Positions 22,646 through 34,494 of a DNA stretch of 64,000 bases are shown here, one piece after another. The stretch's first letter is position 1. Every line of letters begins with the position of its first letter. Source of the DNA: Phyllosticta citribraziliensis (taxonomy: Eukaryota); the NCBI RefSeq assembly GCF_038025025.1, contig NW_027117338.1, forward strand, positions 3,286,001 to 3,350,000, given 5' to 3'. The position numbers and the translations under genes were made by a program. Below the pieces are notes generated by a model, which worked only from the letters and a program-made list of their open reading frames with translations, did no database searches and was not told the DNA's origin.

Positions 22646-23454
22646 GGGTGCAGTATTCAAGCCAGGCAGCCTAGCCTGTCGCTCTGTTGAACCCGGACGC
22701 CGCCTTCAAAGTCAAGCCGGTCATGAGGGCGGGGGTGAGAGGAGAACACACGCGAGATGCCAGAGGCGAGCCATTTGTGGTCACGAACCCAATGCCTGCA
22801 AAGCTATTGTCAGAAAGGTAGCAAATAACGGCAAACTAGAGCATCCAAGACCGCGGAACAGATTCCAAAATGTCAGCAGTTGATAGCTTTCTGCATGGCG
22901 GCGTTGGGACGGGTAAGCTAGGAGCGGTGTTTGCGGGGAGAGTCAGCGTATCCATGGCTAGTGGCCGTTGGCTTCTCCCTGGGAGAACCACTCACGTGGC
23001 CGCCCGACGCCACAAGTCCGCCAATCAACCACACTTGATAACGACCGTCCAAGATATCGTTTATTGAAGCAGACTTGGTCTCCACGCCGAACTCCTGATG
23101 ACTTCACAGTCTCGACTTGGCCCGTCTTTCCGGTCAGCAAACCGACCTTTGCGCTAGGTGGATCCCAAAGCTAGACAATGCATTAGCACAAGTCTTTCCG
23201 CGTGCTTGCAGTGAACGCGCGTAAGCGCGCGAACGTCGTAGGCAGACCGAACAGGTGGAGATGAACCGATTCTATTCCCAAGTGCGCCTCTATGCCAATC
23301 GAGATCGTAGAAAGAGATCGCTTTCTGATTTCCATTTCTGACCAACCCTTCTCTTCCCATTTTTGACAACGCCGTAATATTACTCGACCGGAAAGTCTCA
23401 TTGAAAATGCGGGTATCAGAGATTTTAAGAAAGAAAAACAAGGACGAAACTCCT

Positions 23455-25398
23455 CTAATGAGCCATGATTGGTCCGCTAGGGGCGCCCAACCCGGTATTC
23501 TTCACTCCGCACGTGGTGGCGACAAGGCCGACGCCGGCGAGACCCACGCAGCACCACATGCCGGTGCTATATTGCTGGATTGCACCGTGGCCTTTGTTCG
23601 TGTCGACGGCTTGGACTATTGCACTGGCCAGTGCAAGACCGACTCCGCTTCCAATTTGGAAGGCAGTGTTGATCATGCCGCCGCAAAGACTCTTGACGTT
23701 GACGGGTACAGATGCCAAAAGCACCACGGTTATGGTGCAGTAGCCGATGGTGACCTGTCACATCCTTAGTATGCGTCCACAATACGTTGCTGTCCAGTGT
23801 ATACTTACACCTGCGACTCCGAGAATTGTGGTGGGAAAGACGTGCTTCCAGAACCCAATGTCTCCATCCTTGATCAATGCCGATGGGATAGGTGCGATGG
23901 CGCAGACAATCATTCCAACAATGAGCGTCATCTTGGTGTTGCACTTTTCCACCACGCGAGACATGGAAAGACTGAAAATGAACCCAGTCGCACCCATGGG
24001 AAGGAAACGAAGGGCGGTTTGGCCGGCGCTGAGTTTGTCGACCTCTTGGGCAATCAAGGTGATGTAGTACACGACCACCTGGTAGGATCCGTACATGACG
24101 AAGCCACCAACCCAGAGGGCGCCAAAGTTCTGGAGCTTCCAGAGGGACAGGGGCATGATGGGGTTTGAAACTTTCTTTTCGACCCAGGTAAAGACTGCGA
24201 GCATGGCGATGCTAAGGATGAGGAGAACGATGATAAAGGCCTTGCCCCATCCATAAATGCCGCCACTCGACAAAACGAAGCTGAGGAGAATCAAGCCCGC
24301 TGTTGAGAGACCAGCTCCAATAAAGTCGAGTTTTGGCTTCGCTGTCCCTTCGAGCCTGTCCTTGGGCAGAACAAACCATCCAACAATGCTGATGAAAGAG
24401 GTGACAATCATAGCAATGTAGAAGATGTAGCGCCAGCCAAGGGAGGACGTCAGGAATCCACCGAAGATGAGACCCATGCAGAAACCCACGGCTCCGGCAG
24501 CGCCAAAAGTGCTCAAAGCAAGGGTCCGATCTTGTGCAACAAAATAGTTGCTGATGAGCCCGACGGCAGACGGAACAGTCATGGCGGCTCCAATACCCTG
24601 CAGGGCACGGAAAATCGCAAGCTGGACATACGACGTGGCGAATCCGTTTGCAAGAGTCCAGACGGAGAGAGTCACCATGCCGGAGCAAAAGATCATTCGC
24701 CGGCCGAATCTGTCGGCCAACACGCCGGCGAGCAGGAGGAAACCGCCGAATGTCAGGGTGTAGGCAGAGATCAACCACTGGAGATCCGCGCTCTTCACGT
24801 CAAAGTCCTTTTGGATGGCCGGCAGCGCAATGTTGACTCCAGTCATGAAGACATTGTCCATGAGCTGGGCTCCGCAGGTACAGGCGAGAATCAGCCCGCC
24901 TCGCCAGGATGCAACGGTTCCAACATCTGGATAACCTTGGGCAACGCCGAGTTCGTGCTCCGCGGGAGTCTTGGTGCCAGAGCCAGAAGAAGCCGAGTCC
25001 GGTGAGGGCGGGCGTGTGCCAATTCCAGAGACGGGAGAAGGCGGGCGCGTCGACAAAGGGGTGTTGAGCTCCGAGGGGACTTCGCGAATGGCGCTGAAAG
25101 GACCAGGTTTCGCCGGCTTCGGTCGCGAAATGTTTGGAAGCTCAAAGACATTGTCGAGGGACTCGCGCCGCGCTGCATTGTGCCCGCTGATGGCAGAAGC
25201 GCTTCTTGTCAGGGAAATGTAGTCGTCGGTTTCTTCGTTGGCCGTCACATGCGAGGCGTTGCTCCGCCGCCGCGCGGTGAAGCCTGCAACCCCAGCCGGA
25301 GGTGCAATGCTCGCAGCGTCGTCGAGCGCTGAAGTCCGACGGGCAATGGGCTCGCCATCGTACTCGAGATGAGCGTCAGCAGATGGACGGTCCGTCAT
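23455..25398 (-). CDS. MFS drug:H+ antiporter-like transporter (14-TMS DHA2 type)
   Basis: NIALPAIQKD, QWLISAYTLTFGGFLLLAGVLADRFGRR, RALQGIGAA, GWRYIFY, KLDFIGA and NPIMPLSLW. An intron near 23760-23810 joins the last exon ending ...PIMAH*. Confidence 0.92.
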
Positions 25399-26409
25399 GG
25401 TATCTCGGGCAGAAGAAGAGGTCGGTGCTGCTCAGGTCCATGGACGGGCGCCAGGGCGGCGCCTTTTAAGGGATGGGATCCGTGGAGCACCATGGTTGCG
25501 CCAGATAATGCAAAATGCAGAAAAAATAGCTGATAGCAAAAGCCAAAGGTCCACAGCTGAGAAATCACCTCAGGCGATGCAGGCGAAAACGTCGAAGGTG
25601 ATGTCAAGGGTGGCGTTTGGTGTAGGTTGTCGACTCGCGCTTTGGCGATTAGCCGACCGTCTGACTCGGCCTGCCTTCCTCCGCTCTTCCTCGCCTCGAC
25701 GTCGTCCCTCTCCTCCTCACCTCGGTCACCACCATCAACGCGTTGTCCATGGTCAAACCTCCTCGCATGCTTCGTCTCCCGTCTTTGCGATGCATTAGCG
25801 CCATCAGACTTTTCAGAGTCCCCATATTTCGTACCGATGGCGCCCAAGTCTTTGCTGTCGGAAACCAGATCCCGCAAGGCCATGACGCGCAGTGCCTCCC
25901 ATTGGCGAGACGTTTGACGCACTTGGCTCTCACCGGAGCCGCTGATGAGTCCGCTGGGCCACACAATGCCTCGAAACGCTGGCGTGCTTTATCAACTGGA
26001 CCTCTGTGTGCTCTTCAACTGCGCAATACTTGCCGTCCGAGAATCCTCCGCTCTGCTGGCTCGCCTTCAAGTTGCCCCAAAGAACTCGACCGGGGAAGAA
26101 TACTCCTTTCGACCGCCGCCAAGTAATCCAACGCATGGTCTTTATATCAACATCACCTCAGTCTCCAGCAGCACCGTGATTTTCGTCTCACTCCACTTCT
26201 TCACGGCCCGCAGACACGATGGGAAATCTCTTGGTTTAGGCGCCGTCCGTCGGGCAGCAAAGCGGGCCTGTGCCACAACACCACGCTTGCCATCGTGTCC
26301 CGCAGAATTGGGAAACGCGACTCGAGATATGGCTCACACGTTTCCTCTCCATTGGACCTTGAAGACTTTGTATTACACAGACATACAGATTATCGACGGC
26401 TCACCGCCT

Positions 26410-27995
26410 TTACGTGCCCCCTTGGAAGCTTTGCGACAGAATCTCTGGCTTTCTCGTCTCGAGATCTACAATCATTTGGCCGAACAAACCGTTGACCCAG
26501 GAGAACCTATCGTCCAATTAGCGTGAGCTTCGTCCCAGTTGTGTCGGGAAACTTACCATTGTCTAGTCCAGTCACTCACGTTGAAGGCGTTGATGCTCTC
26601 GTGAATGAGTCCCAGGCCGTCGGTGGTGCTCAAGATTGCCTGAATCGCTGCTGTAATCTCCTGCTCATCATTCGACGTGAAAATTCGAACAATCAACGCC
26701 ATAGGCCATCCTTTTCCTGGTCCAGCATGCGGCCCTCCGACAGAGCTGAAGACTGGTCCTTTCGCCCAGTAGGGGTTTGCAGAACTCAGCACCAACCTGC
26801 GCGTGTTCTGGTAGACTTCGTCGTTTTCGTCGAGGTAGCCAAAGAAGGGCGCAGACAACAGCGAAGGGATGTTGGCGTCGTCCATGATGTTTCTGGACCC
26901 GTAGCCGTCAACCTCGAATGCGTATATGCGGCCAGTCGATCCATCTACGATGCCGTAAGAAGAGATGGCACGGCGGAGCGAAGCTGCCATGTCTCGCATT
27001 TCCTGCTCAAGTCCACCGGGCGGGTTCCGCAACGCCGCCACGATGTTGGCAGCCGACTCGAGGTAGCGCGAAAACATCATGTTGGCCGGGATGAAAAGCT
27101 GGAAAATTGTCGAATCATCACTTGGCCGGAAAGCTGAGCGAATGAGACCAGTTCCACCAATGACCGGGCTTCCCAGTCCGTCATTCAAGAGCGTTTCCGA
27201 GGCCCGGTCCGTCTGCCGAGTAAAACTGTACGGAGATACATTTACTTTCCCGTCGTCCGCGTATGTTGGGGTCATCATCGCATTGGCGACGTTCAAGGCG
27301 GTCCGGACAGCGGCAAGCCATTGGAACCTTTCGAAAAAGGCGCTGTCTTGGGTCGCGTTGAAGTAATTGTCCGAAACTTCAAGAAACGCGGCTAGAGAGT
27401 CGAGCTCATATTTGCATTCGAAGACAGTGTCGTTGCTGTACTTTGGAAAGACATTGTCGTTTGAGCCGTCTTTGCGTGGCAATCTCGCTTCAGGCGGTGG
27501 CTGGAAGGAGTTGCAATACGGCGACGTGTTGACGTAGCGCGCCTGCAAGTTGATGACGCCTCGGAACAGGCTCGCGAGGCTGTCTCGAGAATCAGAAGCC
27601 TTTAGTAGCGGCAAGTACGACTGCATTTGATTCGCAGAATCTCGGAGCCACATGGCGTTGATGTCGCCGGTGATTACAAAGGTGAGCTCTTCCTCGCTGT
27701 TGTTTGCAGCAACACCTTTCCACTTGATTGCCGTATCGAGCGTGTTTGGGTAGGTGTTTTCGAAGAGTCGGTACAAATCTGGGTCGCTAACTTTGTCCTT
27801 GAGCCGCCTCAGAGTATCTTCGACTTCCGATGAGTTGAACGTCCGGCATGCTGGAATCGGGCGTTGCGACGGTAGGCGATACCTCCCGCTCGAAAATGGA
27901 GGATGGTTGCGTTGTTGTGAGAATTCATTGTAGTCAGGGCAAGTCTGACCAACAGCGACTGACGCCCACAGCCCCAAAAACAAAAGGAACAACAT
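26410..27995 (-). CDS. Secreted glycoside hydrolase family 125 (exo-alpha-1,6-mannosidase-like)
   Basis: Signal peptide. [53 protein letters not shown] and IHES. An intron after DWTRQW leads to [12 protein letters not shown]...SFQGGT*. Confidence 0.93.
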
Positions 27996-30149
27996 GTTGC
28001 GGATCGGATGACAGCAATGTGAACCACGGTCGAGTTGTTGTATTAAGGCACCACGCTAGAAAAACCGCGCTAATCTAGGCACAACCGGGAACTACTCTCA
28101 TTTTGTACCTGACTTGGACAGATCCTACCGTCGTTGGGTATCAGCATAGAGTATGGTTCTACCCCGCTGCATGCCTGCTCACACGGACGACGTGCGTGGA
28201 TCTTGTCCCTTGTCAACCCCGCAGCGTGCACACCGCCGAGCAGCATACCATCACATCATTGGCAGCCGACGGCACCACGAAGCCGAGCCTCACCAAGACG
28301 TACGGCGGATGGGCGAGCGGTTCGAAAAGAGTTGACGTCAGGCCAATGCTACATCCTGGACGACAGTCCGCGCCGTCCTTCCGGGGACCTCCTCAACTCT
28401 GCTTTGTTTTGTCATGCTGCTTCCAACCTATGTCAGGGACGGGAGAAAGCGCCGGCTAAAATTAACTGCTCCTGGTCTGCCGGGCGTGACCAGGGTAGTT
28501 CATGCACAGATGTCTTGCGCTCGGAACGGCTTGCATGGCCGAGCCCTGCAGATGACCCTTTGACATGTCTGAATGGTACGCAACAGCGTGATCGTCAGGG
28601 ATTTCCCAGGACTCTTCTCTAGCAGAACACATTTCTCTTCACTCCTGCTGATTCTGGACACGGCGTCAATCAAGCTTCCTTGTCGACCGAAGACGGAGCG
28701 TGGCAAAGAGGCATTGCACTAGTGCTTGACTTGCTTGTCAAGCTCTTGGAGAGGTGAGTTGTCAAGGGGAACAGCCACACACGGCCCGTTGCGTTAGCCC
28801 GAATCAATGCTCCGCCCTCCCGCGTCTGGCACTTTCTGTTTCTTCTTCCTCTTCTCGGACTGCGCTTTGGTCCTTGCTGGACAATTTGTCTGCCTCGACT
28901 TGCGTTTGGCTTACTTGTTGTGTGGAAATAAGGTTTACCGATCTCCAGGCTTGGCCCGCACCTTGAGTCTATTCGGCGGGGGCCGGACCTGCTTGTCCGT
29001 CTGCTCCCTTTGCTGATTATTGTCCGAGCTTAGGAATCAAGCTCGTCATTGTGACATTGACTAATCACTGCTTCGTGACATAGTCTAAAGCTGCTTCCTC
29101 AACAATCGCCCATCCAGAGTATCGTATCCACGAAGTTGCGCTAGAATCGAGGATACGGGTTTCCAAGGTCTTTCCAAGAAAAGGCTGATCAAAGCAAGTC
29201 AAAACCCCTCATCGGCTTGTTCCTCCGTACCCGGGTTGTTTTTAGAGGCGCGAGAGCCTTAGTGGCGCACACAATTCACGGCAATATCTTAAATATCACG
29301 ACCCCGCTGCCCGCAGAGAGAAGCTTAACGGCCTCGCGATACTCGCGTGACATCTCGGTCCTCATTCAGACGAGTAGTCCGTATTGTGAGTGCAACCGGC
29401 CTGCCGTCCCAACTGCCGCTCATACGGACCACTGAAAACGCGACGCCAGGTCAGACAACGTGTGAAGCTGTTGCTCGCCCAAAGTTCGACACTAAAGCCA
29501 CGTCAATTAGGTATTTCTTCGATGGTATTTGGACCCACTATCTAGGTTTTCGGGTCCGCTCAAGTTCCGAGATAGGGCTGCATTGCCCTTTTCCGACAGA
29601 CTCGTTGCTGAAATTCTACCTACTTGCACCAATTGCTTTCCTTTCGGTTTCCTCTTCAGAACTGGCCGTCAGGATTGTTGTCGGCAACAATGACAGAGGG
29701 AGTGGTAAAAAGGCTATCCGGCTATATTCGCCCGATTCACTAAGCTTTGCGCGGTAGACAAATGCAACCTCAAAATACCACCAACTTCCAACTCAAAGAT
29801 TGTGCCGATAACACGCAAATGGCCAAGCTACATACGTTGACAGCAATCAAACGGTTTTGGGAAGCACGGAGCAAAGCGTCTTCCATCGCTTAGCTGCTAA
29901 GCGCCAGCGACAGACCTCGGACGTCTAGAGCTTCTCCGATTGGTCCAGATCGCGAAAATAGATCTGGTGGCTTCGACTCGCTTGTGATCCTCCTTCCACC
30001 TCTTTACAACAACTACTCTTCGTCGGTGCTGGTGCCTCTTCTTGTCATCAGTCGACCGCCATGCTGATGCCACGAAATCCTCACCGCCGCTCCTTGAAAA
30101 GCGGCTTACCCGCCGTCTGCTCTTCTCCGTAGAGCGCAATCGACCAGCG

Positions 30150-31565
30150 ATGGTACTGCTCAACTTCACGCGCCAGGCACCGGATGACTACTGGACTTTG
30201 GACACGGAGAACTTGCCATGTCCCGCGTGCGCTCACGAAATCGACAGTTTTCCGATCCAAACCAGCCATGATGAACCAGCGCAAGCGCAAAATGGCACCA
30301 GCTTCAATCCGAAGCGCATCGCGAACTTGATGCTCCAGCTACTCAGCATCAACTGGCAGACAGGGAACTTCCACCGCCTCGGCATGGACCCGCCGAATCG
30401 AATCCTCCAGCTGTCGCCAGAGCAGTGTGACCGCTTCCTCACAGTCGCAAAAACGCAACCCCAGCAGCAGCCTCCCTACAACGATGCGGTTTTGGGGGCC
30501 ATGTGCATGCTTCCCTACTACAGCGACACGGACGAATCGTACAAGATTGTGCCCCTGTCGTCGCTCATTCCCATCCCAGAGGTCGACATGGTGCCGGATC
30601 GAGAAATCTTTTACGGAGGACCGCTCGTGCCGCCGCACATGCTGCGATTGACGGACTGGTGGGGCGGAGATGCGGGAGTGGCGCTCTTCATCGACACTAC
30701 AACGGGCGCGGCGATTGAGTTGGAGTCCTGGGACACCGCGGACGGCAACGACGTTGGAGAGGTCACCAAATTTGAGGGAAAGCCGCACAGCTCGGGCGAG
30801 GAGGTGCTACAGGGTTGGATAGACAAGTTTCTCAACCTGACATGGGTACCAGACGGAATCTTTGGCATCTTCGACGCTACACACGACCGCCACGTCGAAT
30901 TCCTGGCGCACAAACAGCTACTCGAGAAGTACGGCTGGCCCGACAAGTTTCCCCTGCCGCGCGAGCAGTTTGGCAACTACCTCCACGAAAAGGACGCCAT
31001 CCGGTTCGAGATGCAGGACAAGATGGACGTGTACGTCCTCGCGAACCGCTGGCACCAAATCCACAGCCTCGCAACCAAGCGCTGCCGCTCGCAGTGGGAA
31101 GACACCGACCGCCGCAACAACCACCTGGACGAGACAATCGGGGAGATCCTGGTGCGCTACGCGTTGGCGCAGACGGAGCTCGCGTTTGCGCGCGCAGCGG
31201 GCGAGGCGCCTCTGCCGGAGCGCGCGCGCCTGCCCGAGATCGAGCCCATCAACATGTCGTCCGAGGACTTTCTGGAAAACGGCGAGCGCGTGCGGTGGAG
31301 CGTCGAGGCGCAGCCGATTGACGTTTTGGCGCGCGCTGCGCGGCTGTGGCACCGCTTCCCGGGGCTGCAGGATAATGCGTTTGGGGAGATTCTTGCGGTG
31401 TTGCGGGAGGCGTACGATAGGAGTCGCGAGAAGAGGTTTCCGGCTTTTGAGTTGGATGTGTATGCGTTTGATGAGGAGGCGGAGCGGGTGAAGGTGCAGG
31501 AGGAGCGTGATGAGCTGCAGAGCAGGGAAAGGAGTCTGCCACGGCTGTCTGGTGCTCTGTACTGA
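30150..31565 (+). CDS. Hypothetical protein, possible SUKH/Knr4-Smi1-like domain
   Basis: Intronless ATG ORF of about 471 aa with protein-like composition. Motifs MLPY, LRLTDW..GVALFIDTTTG, WIDKFLNLTWVP and YGWP. The family assignment is tentative. Confidence 0.75.
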   Translation: MVLLNFTRQAPDDYWTLDTENLPCPACAHEIDSFPIQTSHDEPAQAQNGTSFNPKRIANLMLQLLSINWQTGNFHRLGMDPPNRILQLSPEQCDRFLTVAKTQPQQQPPYNDAVLGAMCMLPYYSDTDESYKIVPLSSLIPIPEVDMVPDREIFYGGPLVPPHMLRLTDWWGGDAGVALFIDTTTGAAIELESWDTADGNDVGEVTKFEGKPHSSGEEVLQGWIDKFLNLTWVPDGIFGIFDATHDRHVEFLAHKQLLEKYGWPDKFPLPREQFGNYLHEKDAIRFEMQDKMDVYVLANRWHQIHSLATKRCRSQWEDTDRRNNHLDETIGEILVRYALAQTELAFARAAGEAPLPERARLPEIEPINMSSEDFLENGERVRWSVEAQPIDVLARAARLWHRFPGLQDNAFGEILAVLREAYDRSREKRFPAFELDVYAFDEEAERVKVQEERDELQSRERSLPRLSGALY

Positions 31566-31906
31566 TTTCAAGAGGCCGCCGTGTCCTCGCCACAGCTTCA
31601 ACACCATTGCATTGCATCCCCTCTCAACATAGCCATCAAATCGCCCGCCATCATTTGGTCCTGATGTACCATGCTCTCTGCTACACCACCACAGACGGCA
31701 AAGCGACCACGACTGCAACTGCCGGCAGCGTCGCCAACTACCGCAATCAACTACGTAGGTGGGTAGTCAAGCAAACGACCACTCAACCAACCAGCTTTCT
31801 CCCTTCCTCCCGTCGCCTCGCCGGCCACACGCAGCCAAACAGGGCGTCGGCAAGTGGAGCCCTCTCTCCCCCTCTCCCTCAGCATCGTCATCACTCGTCC
31901 GGCTCC

Positions 31907-34058
31907 CTGCTGCTGCTGCTGCTGCCTGCCTGCCTGCCTGCAAATCCACTTTACTAGATACCTATGTACCCAGTCCAGTCGACACGTCCATCCGTCCGTC
32001 AGCCGTCTGTCTATCAACCGTCTGCCTCTGCACCCGATTCCCCACATGCCCAGCAGCCGATGCTCGCTGGCCCGCCTGCGCCCAGTGCGCCGCTGTCGGC
32101 TGCTGCTCAGCGCTCTCATTGCTCAGTGCTTGCACGCTGGCCTGGCTCGCTTCGCTCGCTAGGCGCCGCCGCGGAACACGGTCCGAGGGGTGATGTGTCG
32201 GGAGTGGAGCTGGTTTAACTGGGGCCGACCGGCCAGCTGCAGGGGCGTGCGCGGCGGGTGCGGCGGGTACGCAACGGTCAGACTAACGGCCAACGGTCTT
32301 GCATGTGGCTGGCTACGTATGGATCGCTTCATCGTTGGTTGGTTGGTTGGCTGTGAGCCAGGGATTGTGTATGTGGATACTAGATACTGGGTACTGGAAA
32401 TGTATCGTATGGTGCGGTATTTAGATCTAGGACGTATTTCCGACACGGACTTGAATTGAAGGTTGTATGTGTGTGTGTGTACATACGCTACGGTTTTGAT
32501 AGGTGCTGAGAGGGCGCTGATGAGTGGGCGAATGGCTAGGTAGACAGACAGATATCTTTGCAGGTAGCAGTTATCAGCAGCAGCAGCAGCAGCAGCATTC
32601 GCATGCCTAAGCAATGACAAGTTCCGGAACAAGCTGGCTAATTATACCGGGAGCATAGACGACGACGACAGTGCTTTAAACACCACCAACTATGGAAGAG
32701 CTGGGATTGAATACATCTGATTCCATCTGGTTGCTCTGGGCACGGCTGAAAAGAGTCGTTGGGAGTGGTTGCTGCGCTGACCTGACCGGTCAACTTGATG
32801 GGAGGCTTTCGGACTTTGGAGATCTAGTGCAGACTGGAGAGATGATGCGGTTTGTGGTGGCTTGAGGGGTGTAAGTGCTAGGCTGTGTGTGGGCTGTATT
32901 TTGGATTGTAAGTGTGGTGAGGTGAGGTAGTGTAGGAGCACCTTGTTGTGAAATGGGTGCAGGTAGGTAAACGAGTAGGACGAGGAGACGGGGGGAAATA
33001 GTAAACAGCGACCTCACGCAAGCATCTACCCTAAAGAAGACATTTCCGACACCGTCGTTTCGTTGTGAGCCTCTTTTGTGGTGGTCGCCATATCTATGAC
33101 GAGTAATACTATTCGTCTTATCATTTTACCATACAGCAGTCTGTTGGGCAGTCTCTCTCGCCCTCTCCTCTTTCCTTTCCGTCTCCATTTCGGATTTCTC
33201 CCGCAACGGCGATGAGAGAGGGCACGTACCCCTTCGACGGCCTGCTTGACCAGCCGGCCCCCTGCACAATTCTAGACCAGAAGACTCCACTTCGACCCCT
33301 CCGCCCCTCCACTCCATCCTTCCTTCCTGCCTTGCTTTCCACCAATGTGATTATCTCAAATTGGACGTTGAGATAAACGGCTCCGAGGCCAGCTCTTGAG
33401 CCCGTCAACAACAGATCTTCCGGTTTGTTCGTTCGTTCGTTTCTTTTTTGTTTGATCCGGCCTGTCCGCCTGCCCGCCACCGTGTGTGCGCCGAGTGATG
33501 CAAAAACGAGGAAAAAAGACCAGCAAAGAAAAAACAACATTCTCCCGCGGCAGCAGTAAACGAGACTACAGATTTGCAGCGTCCGTGGACGCTCGCTCCT
33601 GCTGCCGCTGCCGGTCGGAGGACCCACCAAAAAAGTTCAGGGCGAGTGCGGTGTGTTGGTGGTGTGCGAAGGCGGGCGGGGTTGCGTTGCGTTACGTTGC
33701 CCTGCGGCGCACCGGTAGCGGTAGCGGTAGCGGTAGCGGGAGAACAGCCGTCTGTCCGCCCGCCCGCTTGTCCGTCCGTCCGTCGTCGGCTCTCCACGTC
33801 TCGTTTCGTTTGCTTTTGGGCAGCGCGAGCCGCGTCGTGTGCCGCAAGCTGGAACAAGCCGAGAAAACGCCAGGCACAAAAGACGCTCATGTCGGGTTTG
33901 TAGGTAGCGGTGGGGCGAGGCGAGAGGGATGAGGACGAGGGACCGCGGCGGTCCAGTTTTTTTGGTCGGAGGAGACGAGGGCGTGGGGTGCGTTGTTGGG
34001 TTGAGGCAGAGATGGACGAGTGTGGACACGGATGGTAGCTGGCTGGCTGGCTGGCTGG
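31907..34058. repeat. Cluster of simple repeats: (CTG)n/(CCTG)n 31907..31941, (CAG)n 32575..32597, (GGTAGC)4 33713..33739, (GCTG)n ~34038..34058
   Basis: Seen directly in a region that appears non-coding. Confidence 0.75.
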
Positions 34059-34344
34059 CAGGGATGGGCGTACATGGCCTGATGGCCGACGAGAGTGGTG
34101 TTGAAGCTGTCGTGTTGGTCGTGATATTCGCCGCCTCCACCAATGGCCTAGCTCTGGCCTCTGACCATCATTCGGGGAAATGTGGTGTGTTCGGCACGGC
34201 CATGGCATTGCCGTCGTCGGCGTTTGTGGCCTGGCGCGGAGTGCGGGCAATAGCGGCGGTTGCGGGAACTGGAGGCAAGGCGTTTGGTTTAGATTTTATT
34301 CGAGCCGCGTGCTGCGGATTGGCGTCAGTGGCGTACCTGGGTTG

Positions 34345-34494
34345 CTAGCGATCACACTTGTCGCATTTGCTCGAGCCGTGGTTGACGTTGTTGGTCTTGA
34401 GCACTCCGCAGGGGCCTGTCCGCGATGACGCGCAGGGCGCTTTCTCGACTATGCGGTGGCCACAGCCGTACGTATGTATTATCTTGGTGCACAT
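34345..34494 (-). CDS. 49-aa Cys/His microprotein (MC-x8-CGH...C...C...H...CxxC), putative zinc-binding
   Basis: MCTKIIHTYGCGHRIVEKAPCASSRTGPCGVLKTNNVNHGSSKCDKCDR. The ATG is in a GCCATG context after a CT-rich leader. No signal peptide. Confidence 0.75.
   Translation of the reverse strand: MCTKIIHTYGCGHRIVEKAPCASSRTGPCGVLKTNNVNHGSSKCDKCDR

Noticed and set aside
8228..27995. Secondary-metabolite gene cluster (MFS transporters, amidohydrolase, CoA-transferase)
   Set aside because: There is no PKS, NRPS, terpene synthase or cluster regulator, and the genes are interleaved with TAF6 and glycosidases.
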